DNA of 64,000 bases from assembly GCA_036339735.1 (NCBI GenBank), contig JAYZAL010000038.1, positions 1 to 64,000 on the forward strand. The letters are read 5' to 3'. The notes beneath the pieces are model-generated. The model was not told where the DNA came from and did not search any database. It was given only the letters and a program-made list of their open reading frames with translations. Of this stretch, positions 1 to 10,818 are shown piece by piece (within the stretch, counting starts at the first letter, position 1; each line of letters opens with the position of its first letter). The translations under genes were made by a program, and so were the position numbers. Source of the DNA: Candidatus Poribacteria bacterium. GTDB taxonomy: Bacteria > Poribacteria > WGA-4E > UBA9662.

Positions 1-284
1 AGGCGGCGAAGATTTTGCCCTTCAGATTCCATCAGGTAAAGTTCCTCGTTGCCGTCTCGCGATGAAAAAAAGGCAATCTGATTTCCATCAGGAGACCATG
101 ACGGGTAAGCGTCCAAATCTGGATGTTGGGTTAGGTTAATAGTATTCAACCCATCTTTACTCAACCGATAAATCTCCCAATTCCCACTTGAATCAGCTGT
201 ATAACACAGCTGATAATCCTTATCCACAGGTAAATGCTGATCTGGCAAACACCATAGAAGGTGATACAGCAAGAGAATTTGCAC
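1..284 (-). CDS. TolB-like/PD40 beta-propeller repeat protein, N-terminal part (runs off left edge)
   Basis: Not in ORF track. Manual translation from GTG at 284: ...GNWEIYRLSKDGLNTINLTQHPDLDAYPSWSPDGNQIAFFSSRDGNEELYLMESEGQNLRR. PSWSPDG..IAF.S.RDG is the PD40 repeat; GAGG upstream. Confidence 0.85.
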   Translation of the reverse strand, partial: MQILLLYHLLWCLPDQHLPVDKDYQLCYTADSSGNWEIYRLSKDGLNTINLTQHPDLDAYPSWSPDGNQIAFFSSRDGNEELYLMESEGQNLRR

Positions 285-684
285 GACTTACTGGCCTCAT
301 TTTGATATCCTGGTTAAGAAGATCATATCCCGTAATGATTCGACCTGATTTGCTCAAGTCAAGAGTGTAACAAAAAAAACTGGTGGTGTAAAATTATTTG
401 TATTTCAATTTTGTGAAGTGAACATCGGTAGTCATAGTAGGAAGGATAAGTATCAGAAAAATACTCGGCGTCCTATTTTTCATAGCCAGTTAGCTGATAT
501 TTCCATATTCACCCTAATTGCTTGAATACTGATTTACCTGAATGGCGTTTAATTCCAACATATTACCTGATATAAATAAGCAGTGTCTGAAAATGAGGGA
601 ATGCCGGAAAAAGCTGACAGCTAATACCCGCCTGATTAGTGATTAAATAAGTTTCTTTTTCGTAAATACTAATTGTTAATCGAC

Positions 685-1311
685 TTAGTGATCTGTTTTG
701 TTACTTTTTTTTAGTAAAGATTGAATCTTTTCGTAATGTTTTTCCTCCCACTCATGCAAGGAGGTTGAGGCATCTGATTCTGCTCTTAATTTTGTTTTGA
801 TGTAAATTTCTTGTCTTTGATTATTTGGTATAACAGCTATACCCTCTTCATCAGCGACAACAATATCGTTAGGAGAAACATCTATTCCTCCGCAGTTTAC
901 CTTGATATTTAGCGGACTTTTTTTATTTTTTTGACCCGGAATTGGCATTACCCCACGAGCAAACACTGGAAATTGAGCCTCTCTAATTTCTGCTAGATCT
1001 CGAATTACTCCATCTATTACCAATCCACATATTCCCTTTTTTTGTGCGATGGCACAGACATTCCCTCCAGCAACGGCAAAATCTGTGTCCCCAGCTTCAA
1101 CCACAATGACTGAACCTGGTGGAGCTTGATAAATTGCCGCATGAAGCATCAAGTTGTCAGAAGGAGCTAATTTGACAGTAAAAGCGGCACCTGAGATTCT
1201 AGGAATTGGAGACCAAAGAGGCTTGATTTGAAAATCCATAAACTGGCTGCGTGGTAGAGCTTCGGCATAATCAGTTGGAGAATAAAGGCAATAATTTTGG
1301 TCGGGCTTCAT
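685..1311 (-). CDS. RraA family protein / HMG aldolase-like
   Basis: G.AFTV, DNL.LH.AI, GLVIDG.IRD, DIVVADEEGI motifs; AGGAG RBS. Confidence 0.85.
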   Translation of the reverse strand: MKPDQNYCLYSPTDYAEALPRSQFMDFQIKPLWSPIPRISGAAFTVKLAPSDNLMLHAAIYQAPPGSVIVVEAGDTDFAVAGGNVCAIAQKKGICGLVIDGVIRDLAEIREAQFPVFARGVMPIPGQKNKKSPLNIKVNCGGIDVSPNDIVVADEEGIAVIPNNQRQEIYIKTKLRAESDASTSLHEWEEKHYEKIQSLLKKSNKTDH

Positions 1312-1541
1312 GAATACTCCTTTTTCATTACTATTTCGATGGTGAATTCAATGAGATTAATCGTTTTTGGCTTTTATTTGATTGCAATACCTTTTCCCCT
1401 GGCTAGAAATAAAAGTTGATCAGCTTGATATATTAGTTGAAAACCCTTTTATAGTAGTAGATTTTTTTAAACTTCTATATCTTTTCAAAAGCACATTTTT
1501 CTAGTACTAGTTTAAGAAGATAATCTATCTAGTATTGATTA

Positions 1542-1949
1542 CTAAAGATTATAGAAGATCGATCCTAGGTTAACCAACAGAACTATCAAAGTTAATGCAA
1601 CACTCACTGTATGTAGTCTTTTGAAATTCAAGTCATTGCCAGCATCTCTTGCTCGATTAGTGGCTGGTACTATTATGTAGCACGTCCCCATTAAGATAAT
1701 TGTCAGAGTAGAAACAGTTAGTTGAATAATGGAGTAGCTTTTTAGCAAAAAAGTTTGCACCAGACTCAGGCCACCAAGAATCAGGATTGAAAGGAAGAGT
1801 TTGGGAAAAACTGATCTTAGAAATCGACTGGCATCTATTCCATCAAGAAATCTGAATACAACAGGGGCAACAATAGCGGTTTGAAATAGTATCATTCCAG
1901 AAATTATACCCGACATAAGAATCGACAATTTATTTGAAAATACTGACAT
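1542..1949 (-). CDS. DUF4149-like membrane protein
   Basis: Four TM segments; VAPVVF..L...A..FLR..FP and F.RLH..SV motifs. Confidence 0.7.
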   Translation of the reverse strand: MSVFSNKLSILMSGIISGMILFQTAIVAPVVFRFLDGIDASRFLRSVFPKLFLSILILGGLSLVQTFLLKSYSIIQLTVSTLTIILMGTCYIIVPATNRARDAGNDLNFKRLHTVSVALTLIVLLVNLGSIFYNL

Positions 1950-3166
1950 TGGTTCCTTGAAGTTTGTTAGGGTAGATTTGGGTTTAATCCTTATTTTATG
2001 TATGTTTTTTTATTTATTTGGATGAATCGTTTCTTAACAACTTTAAATTTTTCTTTTGCCCACACCATATAATTCGATAAACAATTCTAATTCGTCTTCT
2101 GAATATAACTAACTAATTAAAATGAGCTTAAACAAGATTTTAGAAAACTCCTTTAACACAAATTAGCATAATTTGTTACTAAGAATATTTTGGGACACAC
2201 CAGTATTGTCGAAATGTCAAATAATAAAACTCTTTAGAAAGTCGAAGTGTCATTGATGTTAAGAGATATCAATGCTGTTATCGAAAATCAACACTCACAC
2301 TAAATGAGCAAACCGAAAGCTATTTTATTAACTAAATCTACAAGGTTATAAATCATTTTAAGTAAACCTGAATTTTCTTCAGTCATAACATAGGTAAACA
2401 GTTTGATCGATAGCCCAGTCAACTAGTAAAAACAATTTTAAGTACTTGAAGGATTTTTGAACGGTGGAATTATCACTACTGTTATCTACGAAAAATTAAG
2501 TAAACAACGCTAGCTCAACCTTTCACTCCCTAATATATCTAGTTTCACCAAAGTATTCTCCTAATAACATTACTAGGGACGAAACAAGGAATTACCCAAA
2601 TAGCAAGAATCTAACATGTTCTACATTAGAACTATTTTTTGGAGAGGTTTAGTTATGCTTGATATTTGTAATGCTATCTAAATTGAGACCGATTGTCTAA
2701 TTGTAGCTACTATATAGTTTATACCTGATAGGTGTTGTTTAATTTTAAATCGTTTTCGTCAAGTATTGTTTTTGAAGTTACATAAATACTGTATGGTATT
2801 GTCTTTCAATTCAAAAATTTCTCAGAAGAAATACATATGAAAACGCATGGTAACACCAAAATGATAGAGCAATAAAGAGAGGCTAAAACGCTATCAGTCA
2901 ATATTGTTGGCGCAAATTCAGAGTAGGGTTGACTTGTTCTTTCTAAAAATAATATCGAATCAGATTTTACAGTACAGGGATCGGTGGCCCAATGATTCTC
3001 AAGATTTTTTGTTAGTTTGATACGACAAGGTTTTTGGGTACAAACAGTCCCCTTGAGAGTCAGGTGAATTTCGTTGTTTTTATATTATTTTCCGAATTTT
3101 TCTATTTCTTTTAATCTTAATAGTATTTATACTCTGTTGCACATCGGAAGTATCTAGGAGAATGTC

Positions 3167-4267
3167 ATGGCAAACAAAAAGGTTCGTATTGGTGTAATTG
3201 GTACAGGTAGCTGGGCTAATTCTGGACACATGGCTGTATACCAGCAACACCCTCAAGTCAAATTGGTTGGCGTTTGCGATATTGATCCTCTACGGGCAGA
3301 AAAATCCGCCAAGACATTCGGAGCCCAATTTGCGACAACAGACTTCACAAAACTCGTTGAACGAAACGACATTGATGCTGTTGATATTGTAACGCCCAAT
3401 GTAACCCATGCTCCAATCGCACTTGCAGTAATGAAGTCAGGTAAGCACGTCATCTGTGAAAAACCTTTAGCTATGAGCTATCACCAAGCAAAAGATATGG
3501 CACAAGTAGCACAAGAGACTGGCGTCAAAAATGGGATCAACTTTGTCTATCGCCATCACCCAGCAGCCCAATATGCTCGACATCTCATCAAGAAAGGATA
3601 TATCGGACGGATTTTCCAAATCAATGCTGCTTATATGCAAGGCTTTCTGATAGATCCCGCAGTTCCTCTAGTTTGGCGATTACAAAAGGATATGACTGGC
3701 ACCGGTGTCCTAGGTGATTTGGGATCGCACATCATCGATCTGGTGGAGTGGTTAACTGATCAACAGATCGTCTCCCTAGTATCCGACATGCAGACATTTA
3801 TTCATCAGCGCCCTCTAGTTGATGGTTCTGGTGTAGGACAAGTAGACGTAGACGATGGCACTACTTTCTTAACCCGATTTAATGGTGGAGCAATGGGTAC
3901 TTTTGTCAGCAGTCGTTATGCCACGGCTCGTGGTAACTACCAGCGAATCGAAATTTATGGAGACCAAGGAGCGCTAGTTTATAGGTGGGAAGATACGGAT
4001 CATCTCAAAGCCTCAATAGGACCTGCTTTTGTAAATGAAGCGCAGTGGGCTTCCATACCTATTCCCGATCGGTTTAAGGCAATTAGCGGAGAGAAGTCAT
4101 CTAAATACAACTTCACCCAAAACCTGAAAAATTTCATTCAATCTATTATCGACGATCGAGAAATGCAACCCAACTTTCAGGATGGACTACGAAACCAAGA
4201 AATACTAGAAGCCGTTGAAATATCGGCTCGCGATCGTAGATGGATTGATTTGCCCCTAGACACTTAA
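3167..4267 (+). CDS. Gfo/Idh/MocA family oxidoreductase
   Basis: GVIGTG Rossmann motif, HVICEKPL, GVLGDLGSH; AGGAG RBS. Confidence 0.92.
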   Translation: MANKKVRIGVIGTGSWANSGHMAVYQQHPQVKLVGVCDIDPLRAEKSAKTFGAQFATTDFTKLVERNDIDAVDIVTPNVTHAPIALAVMKSGKHVICEKPLAMSYHQAKDMAQVAQETGVKNGINFVYRHHPAAQYARHLIKKGYIGRIFQINAAYMQGFLIDPAVPLVWRLQKDMTGTGVLGDLGSHIIDLVEWLTDQQIVSLVSDMQTFIHQRPLVDGSGVGQVDVDDGTTFLTRFNGGAMGTFVSSRYATARGNYQRIEIYGDQGALVYRWEDTDHLKASIGPAFVNEAQWASIPIPDRFKAISGEKSSKYNFTQNLKNFIQSIIDDREMQPNFQDGLRNQEILEAVEISARDRRWIDLPLDT

Positions 4268-4476
4268 AACTACAGCGGAATATTTTATCTCTGATACTTG
4301 CTATTATTGCACTTGCTTTGTGATTGACGGGTTTGTGTTAACCAGCGGATTGGCGACGACGCCATCATTAGTTAAAGTTTTTTTAATTACATTTAAAATT
4401 TTAAATTTTGTCAAATGTGATTGTTAAAATAGGAATCTATTGGTATTTCAAATAACAGGACTATCAAGGGAAATAG

Positions 4477-4905
4477 ATGAGTAGATTACATTGCGCCTTA
4501 AATACAAATAACTTTGAGGCTTCGGTAGATTTTTACACTAAGCTCTTCGGCCTGTTGCCAGTGAGACTAGAAGATGGTTATGCCAAATTTTCTTCTAATG
4601 ACCCATCTATTAACTTGACCCTCAATTATGTATCGGATCCTATCACTCATAATGCTATCAATCACATGGGTATTGAAGTCGATGATAGTCAAGCAGTCTA
4701 TGCAGCACAGAAAAGACTTGAGAGTCTAGGAATAACAACGAAACTGGAGAAGGACATTGATTGTTGTTATTCTATCCAAGATAAAATATGGGTATCTGAC
4801 CCGAATGGACATAACTGGGAATTCTTTTTTGTAAAAGATCAAGAGATTATTGGAAATAGGGACAGTGTTTCAGAAGATCGTTGTCCAACGGAATGTTGCG
4901 AATAA
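4477..4905 (+). CDS. ArsI/CadI family VOC metalloenzyme (putative C-As lyase)
   Basis: MSRLH, NHMG, vicinal CC in CCYSIQDKIWVSDPNG..WEFF, Cys-rich tail. Confidence 0.8.
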   Translation: MSRLHCALNTNNFEASVDFYTKLFGLLPVRLEDGYAKFSSNDPSINLTLNYVSDPITHNAINHMGIEVDDSQAVYAAQKRLESLGITTKLEKDIDCCYSIQDKIWVSDPNGHNWEFFFVKDQEIIGNRDSVSEDRCPTECCE

Positions 4906-5084
4906 TATATTTTGATTATCGCTCCAAATCTCAGTCATCCATGATAACCAAGCAGATGTCATCAGAAATAATCGTTTTCTTTTTTCATATTACTTTCTAC
5001 CACTAACGGTTAGCATCAGAACAGCCTTCAGGCTAATGTAAGCCGTATATAACACAAAAAAGTATTTCAATCAGGAGAATCAAT

Positions 5085-5849
5085 ATGAAACGCTATCCGT
5101 TCTTTTTATGCTTGTTCGTGTTTTGCTCACTTATTATAGTCGATCAACCCCTTGCTGAACATCATAAACCAGAAAATTCTCAGAAAGATAAGGAGAGAAA
5201 AATTCCATCTCACAAAGTAAAAGACACAAAAACAAAACATAAGGAGGGCGCTCCCAGAAAAAATCGGTTAAAGCACCATGATCCGAACCAGTTATACCAG
5301 ATGGAACTGGAAAGGGAATTTCATCAAAGACAAATGGATTTCCAACTACAACTAGCCCAGCGAGAACAAGAATGGGACCAGGAGCGTGAACGTCGGGAGA
5401 CTGAACATCACTTGAGAATGGAGACCATGCGGATACAGCACGATCGTGAAATAGAAATGAGGGAGCGTGAGTCCCGCGGAATGGGGCACCAACTTTTCCA
5501 TCTTGATGTCGGTTTAGACCTAGATATGGAAAGGCTTCATGAAATTTTAAATATAGAGAATCGAGAAAAAGTAGAATTATTACAGCTCAGATTAGAGCAA
5601 GAACAAATTAAGATAATGGCTGAAATCCGAATTCAAGAAATAGAAATCCATATTGCCTTACGGAAGGCTTTTTTTGGATCGGAAAAAGTTGACCAGCAAG
5701 AAATAGCTGATCAGGTCAGCGCTATAGCTAAATCTCATGGAGACTTGAAATTCTTAGAGCTGAAAACTATGCTTCAAATTAAAGATTTACTTAGCGAAGA
5801 GCAAATTCAGCAACTCAGACACAAGGAAGAAGATCATAACGATGAGTGA
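5085..5849 (+). CDS. Secreted Spy/CpxP/ZraP-like periplasmic protein with charged coiled-coil insert
   Basis: Signal peptide; His/Glu/Arg-rich middle; C-terminal LLSEEQ (LTxEQ-like) motif; AGGAG RBS. Confidence 0.55.
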   Translation: MKRYPFFLCLFVFCSLIIVDQPLAEHHKPENSQKDKERKIPSHKVKDTKTKHKEGAPRKNRLKHHDPNQLYQMELEREFHQRQMDFQLQLAQREQEWDQERERRETEHHLRMETMRIQHDREIEMRERESRGMGHQLFHLDVGLDLDMERLHEILNIENREKVELLQLRLEQEQIKIMAEIRIQEIEIHIALRKAFFGSEKVDQQEIADQVSAIAKSHGDLKFLELKTMLQIKDLLSEEQIQQLRHKEEDHNDE

Positions 5850-6169
5850 TTATAATCAATAAGTTAAATAAAGATTATTTCTATTAATAGAAGCCAAGCT
5901 ACGATTAAAAAATCCGATTTATTCAATAAGCCTGAAATTTAGCTCCCGGTAGATCTTTGACTAGAAGACTAGACGGGTAACAGCGCTAGTTTTTACTTTT
6001 TTGCGTTTATCTGAGTAAGGTCCCCATATTTCGGCACACAAGTGCCCAATGTGTCTTTGAAAAGATACAAATTTATTTTATGAGTGTTGGACTAGTCTAT
6101 GACGTTAACCATTAACAAAATTCCGATGTTAGAGACTAACTCATAGCAAAAATGTAAAGGAGCAAAACG

Positions 6170-7111
6170 ATGTTTAGCCAAAAAGAAATAGATAAATTTC
6201 ATCAAGATGGCTTTATTATCGCTAGAAACGTAATCCAAGGCCAAGAGCTAGCCACGCTCCAACAGGCCGCTAGTCGAGTTACTTCTGAAGGAATTGCGGC
6301 CAACGACAGAACTAACCACCTCTATTACGACCAATCAGATGGTTCTCGTACCTATTTTCGCAGCGAGCGTATGTGGGATCGAGATCCAATATTTCAAGCT
6401 GTAACTGTAAACCCGACGCTCCTATCCATGTATGGACAGCTAATCGGTCATCCGTTTATGCCAATTGTCGATTCTTTCGTCTGCAAACTGCCTTTTGGAA
6501 ACGTGCCGGTGCGTTGGCACCAAGACCCACCGTTCGGAACACTAACTTGGCCGGACACACACCCAATCCCAAATATTGATGCGGATATTTATTTAGATCA
6601 TTCTACTATTGAAAATGGATGTGTATGGGCAATTCCTGGCCATCATCTGGTCGGCCACGTGCAGTTAGAGAACTTTACCGATGAAGAGTTATTCACCAAA
6701 ATGGGAGCAAAGCCAATCGAACTTGGACCTGGTGATGTCAGTTTCCATTGCTTATCGGCTCCACATGGTTCCAGAGGCAACCAGTCTGCGAGTCTCCGTC
6801 GCACATTTTACATCCATTTTATGAATCAAATTGTTTTGGATGAATGTTATCGTCACTTACCTTATATCGATGAATTAGAAGTAGAACGCGGCTTATTTGA
6901 TGAGAGAGCCATATTAGCAAGCCGAAAAATGATTGAATTGCGTGAAAACCTAGGTTATGAAGGGTTAGAAGGGAGTCAGATTCACTTAACCAACGAAGGA
7001 TTCGAATTCACAGGAGATCCAAGGACCCCGCCTAGGCATTGGAAACAATTAATTGAAATGATGACTCAGGAAGAAATAGAGCAGAAACGTACTCTAACCT
7101 ATCAAAGGTGA
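6170..7111 (+). CDS. Phytanoyl-CoA dioxygenase (PhyH) family Fe/2OG oxygenase
   Basis: F..DGF, WHQD, NGC..IPG.H, HGS..N.S...RR. Confidence 0.9.
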   Translation: MFSQKEIDKFHQDGFIIARNVIQGQELATLQQAASRVTSEGIAANDRTNHLYYDQSDGSRTYFRSERMWDRDPIFQAVTVNPTLLSMYGQLIGHPFMPIVDSFVCKLPFGNVPVRWHQDPPFGTLTWPDTHPIPNIDADIYLDHSTIENGCVWAIPGHHLVGHVQLENFTDEELFTKMGAKPIELGPGDVSFHCLSAPHGSRGNQSASLRRTFYIHFMNQIVLDECYRHLPYIDELEVERGLFDERAILASRKMIELRENLGYEGLEGSQIHLTNEGFEFTGDPRTPPRHWKQLIEMMTQEEIEQKRTLTYQR

Positions 7112-7430
7112 ACGTATTCTGACTAAGCCCCAAGATCAGCATATAATTTTTTGAAAATGTCCACTGAGCCAAAGTTCAATGGAAATTGACTGTAGTCTAG
7201 CTATTTATTCAAAACATTAGTATGAGCTAAGATCTTTTACTTTAGATTGTATTCCTGCTTCTTGCTCCCTTATTTAGCTGCAGTTAATCGATCTTCATAT
7301 CATAGCCTAAAGTTTTTTTATGTTTTACTTAAAAATGAACAATTTGCTTCCGCCAATGAGCTATATGGGAGACGGGTCGATTTTTTGCCCGATCATAAAA
7401 CATAATTTCACCGACTCAAGATGGTTATGT

Positions 7431-9314
7431 TTAAAATAGAAATCTGTATGTTGGTTGTTCCAATATAATTCCCAGCAAGCTCCAAATTGCACCCCCTGTA
7501 AACTCTCCTAATATAATCCCCAAGAATAGGGGGATAGCAGACCGATGCCAGCTGATTCCACCATATTTCAGCACAATCCATTTAAGCAACCAGCCGATGA
7601 AAATTGACCCTATCATTGGATTGATGGCCCAACTGCCCGAAATTGCGTATCCAACGGGGTGAAGATTCCACCATAAAAATCGTATTCTCAACAATGAGAG
7701 TAATATCGTGCCAAAAAAGCCAAAGACAGCAAAACCTACAGCTGGTGCATCAGTCTCTGGCATGTTAGTCAACCATCCCTCCAATCGTTGGAAAGCTTCC
7801 GTACCGAACCAGGACATAGAACCATTCTGATAAGAAAGGGTTACAAAAGCTACAAATGAGGCTACTGCTCCTAAAAAAGAAGCTAGTAACATCAATAAGG
7901 TTAAACGGGCTAATGGGCTACCAACCATCTCCGCAATTTTGAATCCTTCCAATTGGTGTGGCATGGTATGTGATCTATGTGCTCGGTTTAAGACGTAAAG
8001 ATAAGTGAATCCTACCAGATTGGTTACTCCAATACGTCTAACTCCTAGAATACTGGGCAACATTTCATCCGGCCCAACCCAATGCAGGTCGTGAACCGGT
8101 GAACCGAGTTCAGCCCTTAATCTGGTAATAGCTATACCAATAGCAAACCATATAATAAAAAAAGCGATAATAATCCCGATTGACATTCGCATTCTCAGGC
8201 AAAATATCACTATGAAGATCATTCCGATTATCAAACCAATGAGAGGAGCCGTATAGGACACTTTTTTCTGATCCACAGAGGACGTTGGATTGAAGGTTTG
8301 TTCCAGAACCTTCTTAAGGTGGTGTCTACTCATCCATAGAGCGAATACACACAAGCCTAAATAAGCCCCATGTGACTGCTCTGGCTCATAAGGAAAACGT
8401 GGCCAACTTTTCATCCCCAGGATTGCTCCGAGCAGCCGTTCTAGTCGCCAAATGATCCAAAAAACCCAGCAAGAGAAAGACAAATCCAATGGAATAAAGA
8501 AAGAAAGTCCAACGCCAAAAGGGAAGACTGCTAGAGGACTCCAGCCAATAGCATTCCAAGGACGCTCAGTTAGTAGTAGCTGTAGATCATACAATTTTCC
8601 CCCTAGGCTGGGTAAATGTGGAAACAAAAAATTGAGGCCGTTGATCATATTGATGGTAATGCCTAGAGTAAAGCCCAACCACATTAAGGGAGATCTGAAG
8701 AAATGGCCCTTACTCTGGGTCATTTCCACTGGTAGTTGAATTATGGGATAACTCAGTCGTTCTGACTCAACCCATTGTTTACGCAGAATGGAATTGAGGC
8801 ACAACATCATCAGGTGAAGGGCAAGCAGTAATAGGCTCCACCAGAGAATGATAGGCAACCAAGCAAACAAATTGGGTCGTTTGTAAAAAGTCGAAAATCC
8901 TTGATAATAATCTTTTAGGACATACTTATCGCTGATGGATAGCCAAGTTGGTATGTAATGGTGAAATAGATTAACCCAGTCGTTTTCGGGCGTTGCGAAC
9001 CAATTGGCATGCCCGATTAATGGGACCATTACCATCATTCGGTCGACCCCGGCTAAACTTGAACCAACCGAGATACAAGTGTAAATAGTCAAGAGTTCGA
9101 TACGGTTGAAAATAGGTTGATTTCGTTGTCCTGAACCAAAGAGTTGGTTTATCAAAATCAAAACCAAGATGGAAAAAATAGCGTTAAAATAGAGTGAAAC
9201 TTGGGTCGGGCTAACACCGCCATTGAATAGTGTTGCCGCTATCCACCAGCAATTAATTGGAACGAGTACTGTTATTAATACGACTGTTAACCATCGAATA
9301 CGGGAATGATGCAT
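7431..9314 (-). CDS. Polytopic membrane protein, DUF6785/DUF6784-type (putative transporter)
   Basis: Many TM segments; QWVE.ERL.YPI.QLP, RLRAELG.PVHDLH, LHPVGY, PLFLG.ILGEF; paralogue of 34049-35992. Confidence 0.7.
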   Translation of the reverse strand: MHHSRIRWLTVVLITVLVPINCWWIAATLFNGGVSPTQVSLYFNAIFSILVLILINQLFGSGQRNQPIFNRIELLTIYTCISVGSSLAGVDRMMVMVPLIGHANWFATPENDWVNLFHHYIPTWLSISDKYVLKDYYQGFSTFYKRPNLFAWLPIILWWSLLLLALHLMMLCLNSILRKQWVESERLSYPIIQLPVEMTQSKGHFFRSPLMWLGFTLGITINMINGLNFLFPHLPSLGGKLYDLQLLLTERPWNAIGWSPLAVFPFGVGLSFFIPLDLSFSCWVFWIIWRLERLLGAILGMKSWPRFPYEPEQSHGAYLGLCVFALWMSRHHLKKVLEQTFNPTSSVDQKKVSYTAPLIGLIIGMIFIVIFCLRMRMSIGIIIAFFIIWFAIGIAITRLRAELGSPVHDLHWVGPDEMLPSILGVRRIGVTNLVGFTYLYVLNRAHRSHTMPHQLEGFKIAEMVGSPLARLTLLMLLASFLGAVASFVAFVTLSYQNGSMSWFGTEAFQRLEGWLTNMPETDAPAVGFAVFGFFGTILLSLLRIRFLWWNLHPVGYAISGSWAINPMIGSIFIGWLLKWIVLKYGGISWHRSAIPLFLGIILGEFTGGAIWSLLGIILEQPTYRFLF

Positions 9315-10071
9315 CTTCTTCGGGTTAAATTTACTGTAAAAACTCAGGACAAATCTGATTAGAAGGGGGTGAGAAGCAAACTAAAGTGTAACAAGAAATT
9401 AGTATCTACATACACATGGATTGCGTAAGATTACATTGATTTGTAAACAGATCTACTCCAGCAGTTTCCCAAATTTTTACGGAAAAACTAGGGAGGCCTT
9501 ACTAGCTTGGTCCTTCTGTTTGGCAGGTCCGTGCACTCTTATCTCACAATTTCCTGATTCCGTCAAGACACAAAACTTTTTTCGCTGCTCCTGAGTTTGT
9601 TATTTAAAATGAAGTTATATCTTTTACTTGAGGTTGGTCAACTCGACCAATGGTTAAAAATTATCCATATGATTATGAGTCTGGTTGATAGAAATAACAA
9701 TTTTTCGCACTGATAATGAATCCATACTTGTGTACAATTTAACTCATCTCATTTTGTCAACAAAAAAGTAGTCTTTGCCTTCAGTTCTAATAGAGTGCTC
9801 TCCCTTCTGCTGAAGAATTGATAATTTCTATCAACCAATCTCTTGGTGCTCTGTATTTCTTCTAAAGCCTTTTTGAGCTAACTAATCTTTTCCTGTGCGT
9901 AAAACCTTCACCTTTGACTATTATTTTTTTATTGTATAATATCTATTGGATATTCAGAATTTAACAATCTGTAAACGAACGGAACGCCACAAAACCACAA
10001 CAAGTTTTGCCCAATTTATCATAAAAAACACCTCGTTGTATTTTGTGTATATGCCATTCAATACTTATTAA

Positions 10072-10818
10072 GTGAGGATAAATATTTTTATGTATACTTT
10101 TTTTCGAAACCATATTTCTCAATTGTTCATTTTCTTTTTTACAATTTTTTTATTTTCAGCTGAAGCCATCGGATTTAATGTTGACATTGATGGTGCCTTG
10201 GATGAGGCTGCTTACAAAAAAGTACCACCACTTAATAGCGCAACAAATATTGGTGTACTCTACCTTGTCCCTATGAAGGATGAATTATATATCGGAGCAG
10301 AAGTCAAAGACGCCAAGATCAATGTAGTCAATCCACAGAAATTCTGGGAAGGTAGCGGTATCGAAATTTGGTTTGATTGGGGAAATGAAGGAAACGCAAC
10401 ATTTGACAAGAACGATCAGCAATTCTGGTTTGTTCCAGTCAAAGGAAAAGGAAAAGAAGGTTATGCTGGTCAATGGCATCGAGCACAAGACAATATTAAA
10501 GCTACTATTTATGATTATGCTAATGAAGGCGATTTAGTCGACATGGCATTTGTTGTCGATAAAGGCCAGGGATATACTATCGAAGCTAGAATTGCAAAGA
10601 AAGCTATAGCTGGCTATAACCCCAATGCAACAATTGGTTTCACCTATTCTGTGGATAAAGGGGGGGCGAAGTTTCAGTGGGACAAAAAGAATTGTGCTAA
10701 TGGTTTTTGGGAAAATCCCAGTATGTGGCCAGACTTGGAACTTTCTGAAATTCTCTCAGTTGATGTCGCGAATAAATTGCCCATTCGTTGGGGAAATCTA
10801 AAGTTGGGGTTACAGTAA
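10072..10818 (+). CDS. Secreted CBM9/DOMON-like sugar-binding protein with C-terminal K-L-x3-W-G-x-L-K motif
   Basis: Signal peptide (start may be ATG 10090); IDGALDE, LYIGAEVKD, IEIWFD, GYTIEARI. Confidence 0.65.
   Translation: MRINIFMYTFFRNHISQLFIFFFTIFLFSAEAIGFNVDIDGALDEAAYKKVPPLNSATNIGVLYLVPMKDELYIGAEVKDAKINVVNPQKFWEGSGIEIWFDWGNEGNATFDKNDQQFWFVPVKGKGKEGYAGQWHRAQDNIKATIYDYANEGDLVDMAFVVDKGQGYTIEARIAKKAIAGYNPNATIGFTYSVDKGGAKFQWDKKNCANGFWENPSMWPDLELSEILSVDVANKLPIRWGNLKLGLQ

Noticed and set aside
188-370. 60-aa plus-strand ORF
   Set aside because: Antisense to the clear PD40-repeat gene.
5300-5480. Repetitive E/R/Q-rich coding stretch
   Set aside because: Low-complexity coiled coil; no nucleotide-level tandem repeat or CRISPR-like periodicity.
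9520-9535. GACCTGCC resembling the 3' end of a cobalamin riboswitch
   Set aside because: The other conserved cobalamin elements are not present upstream.
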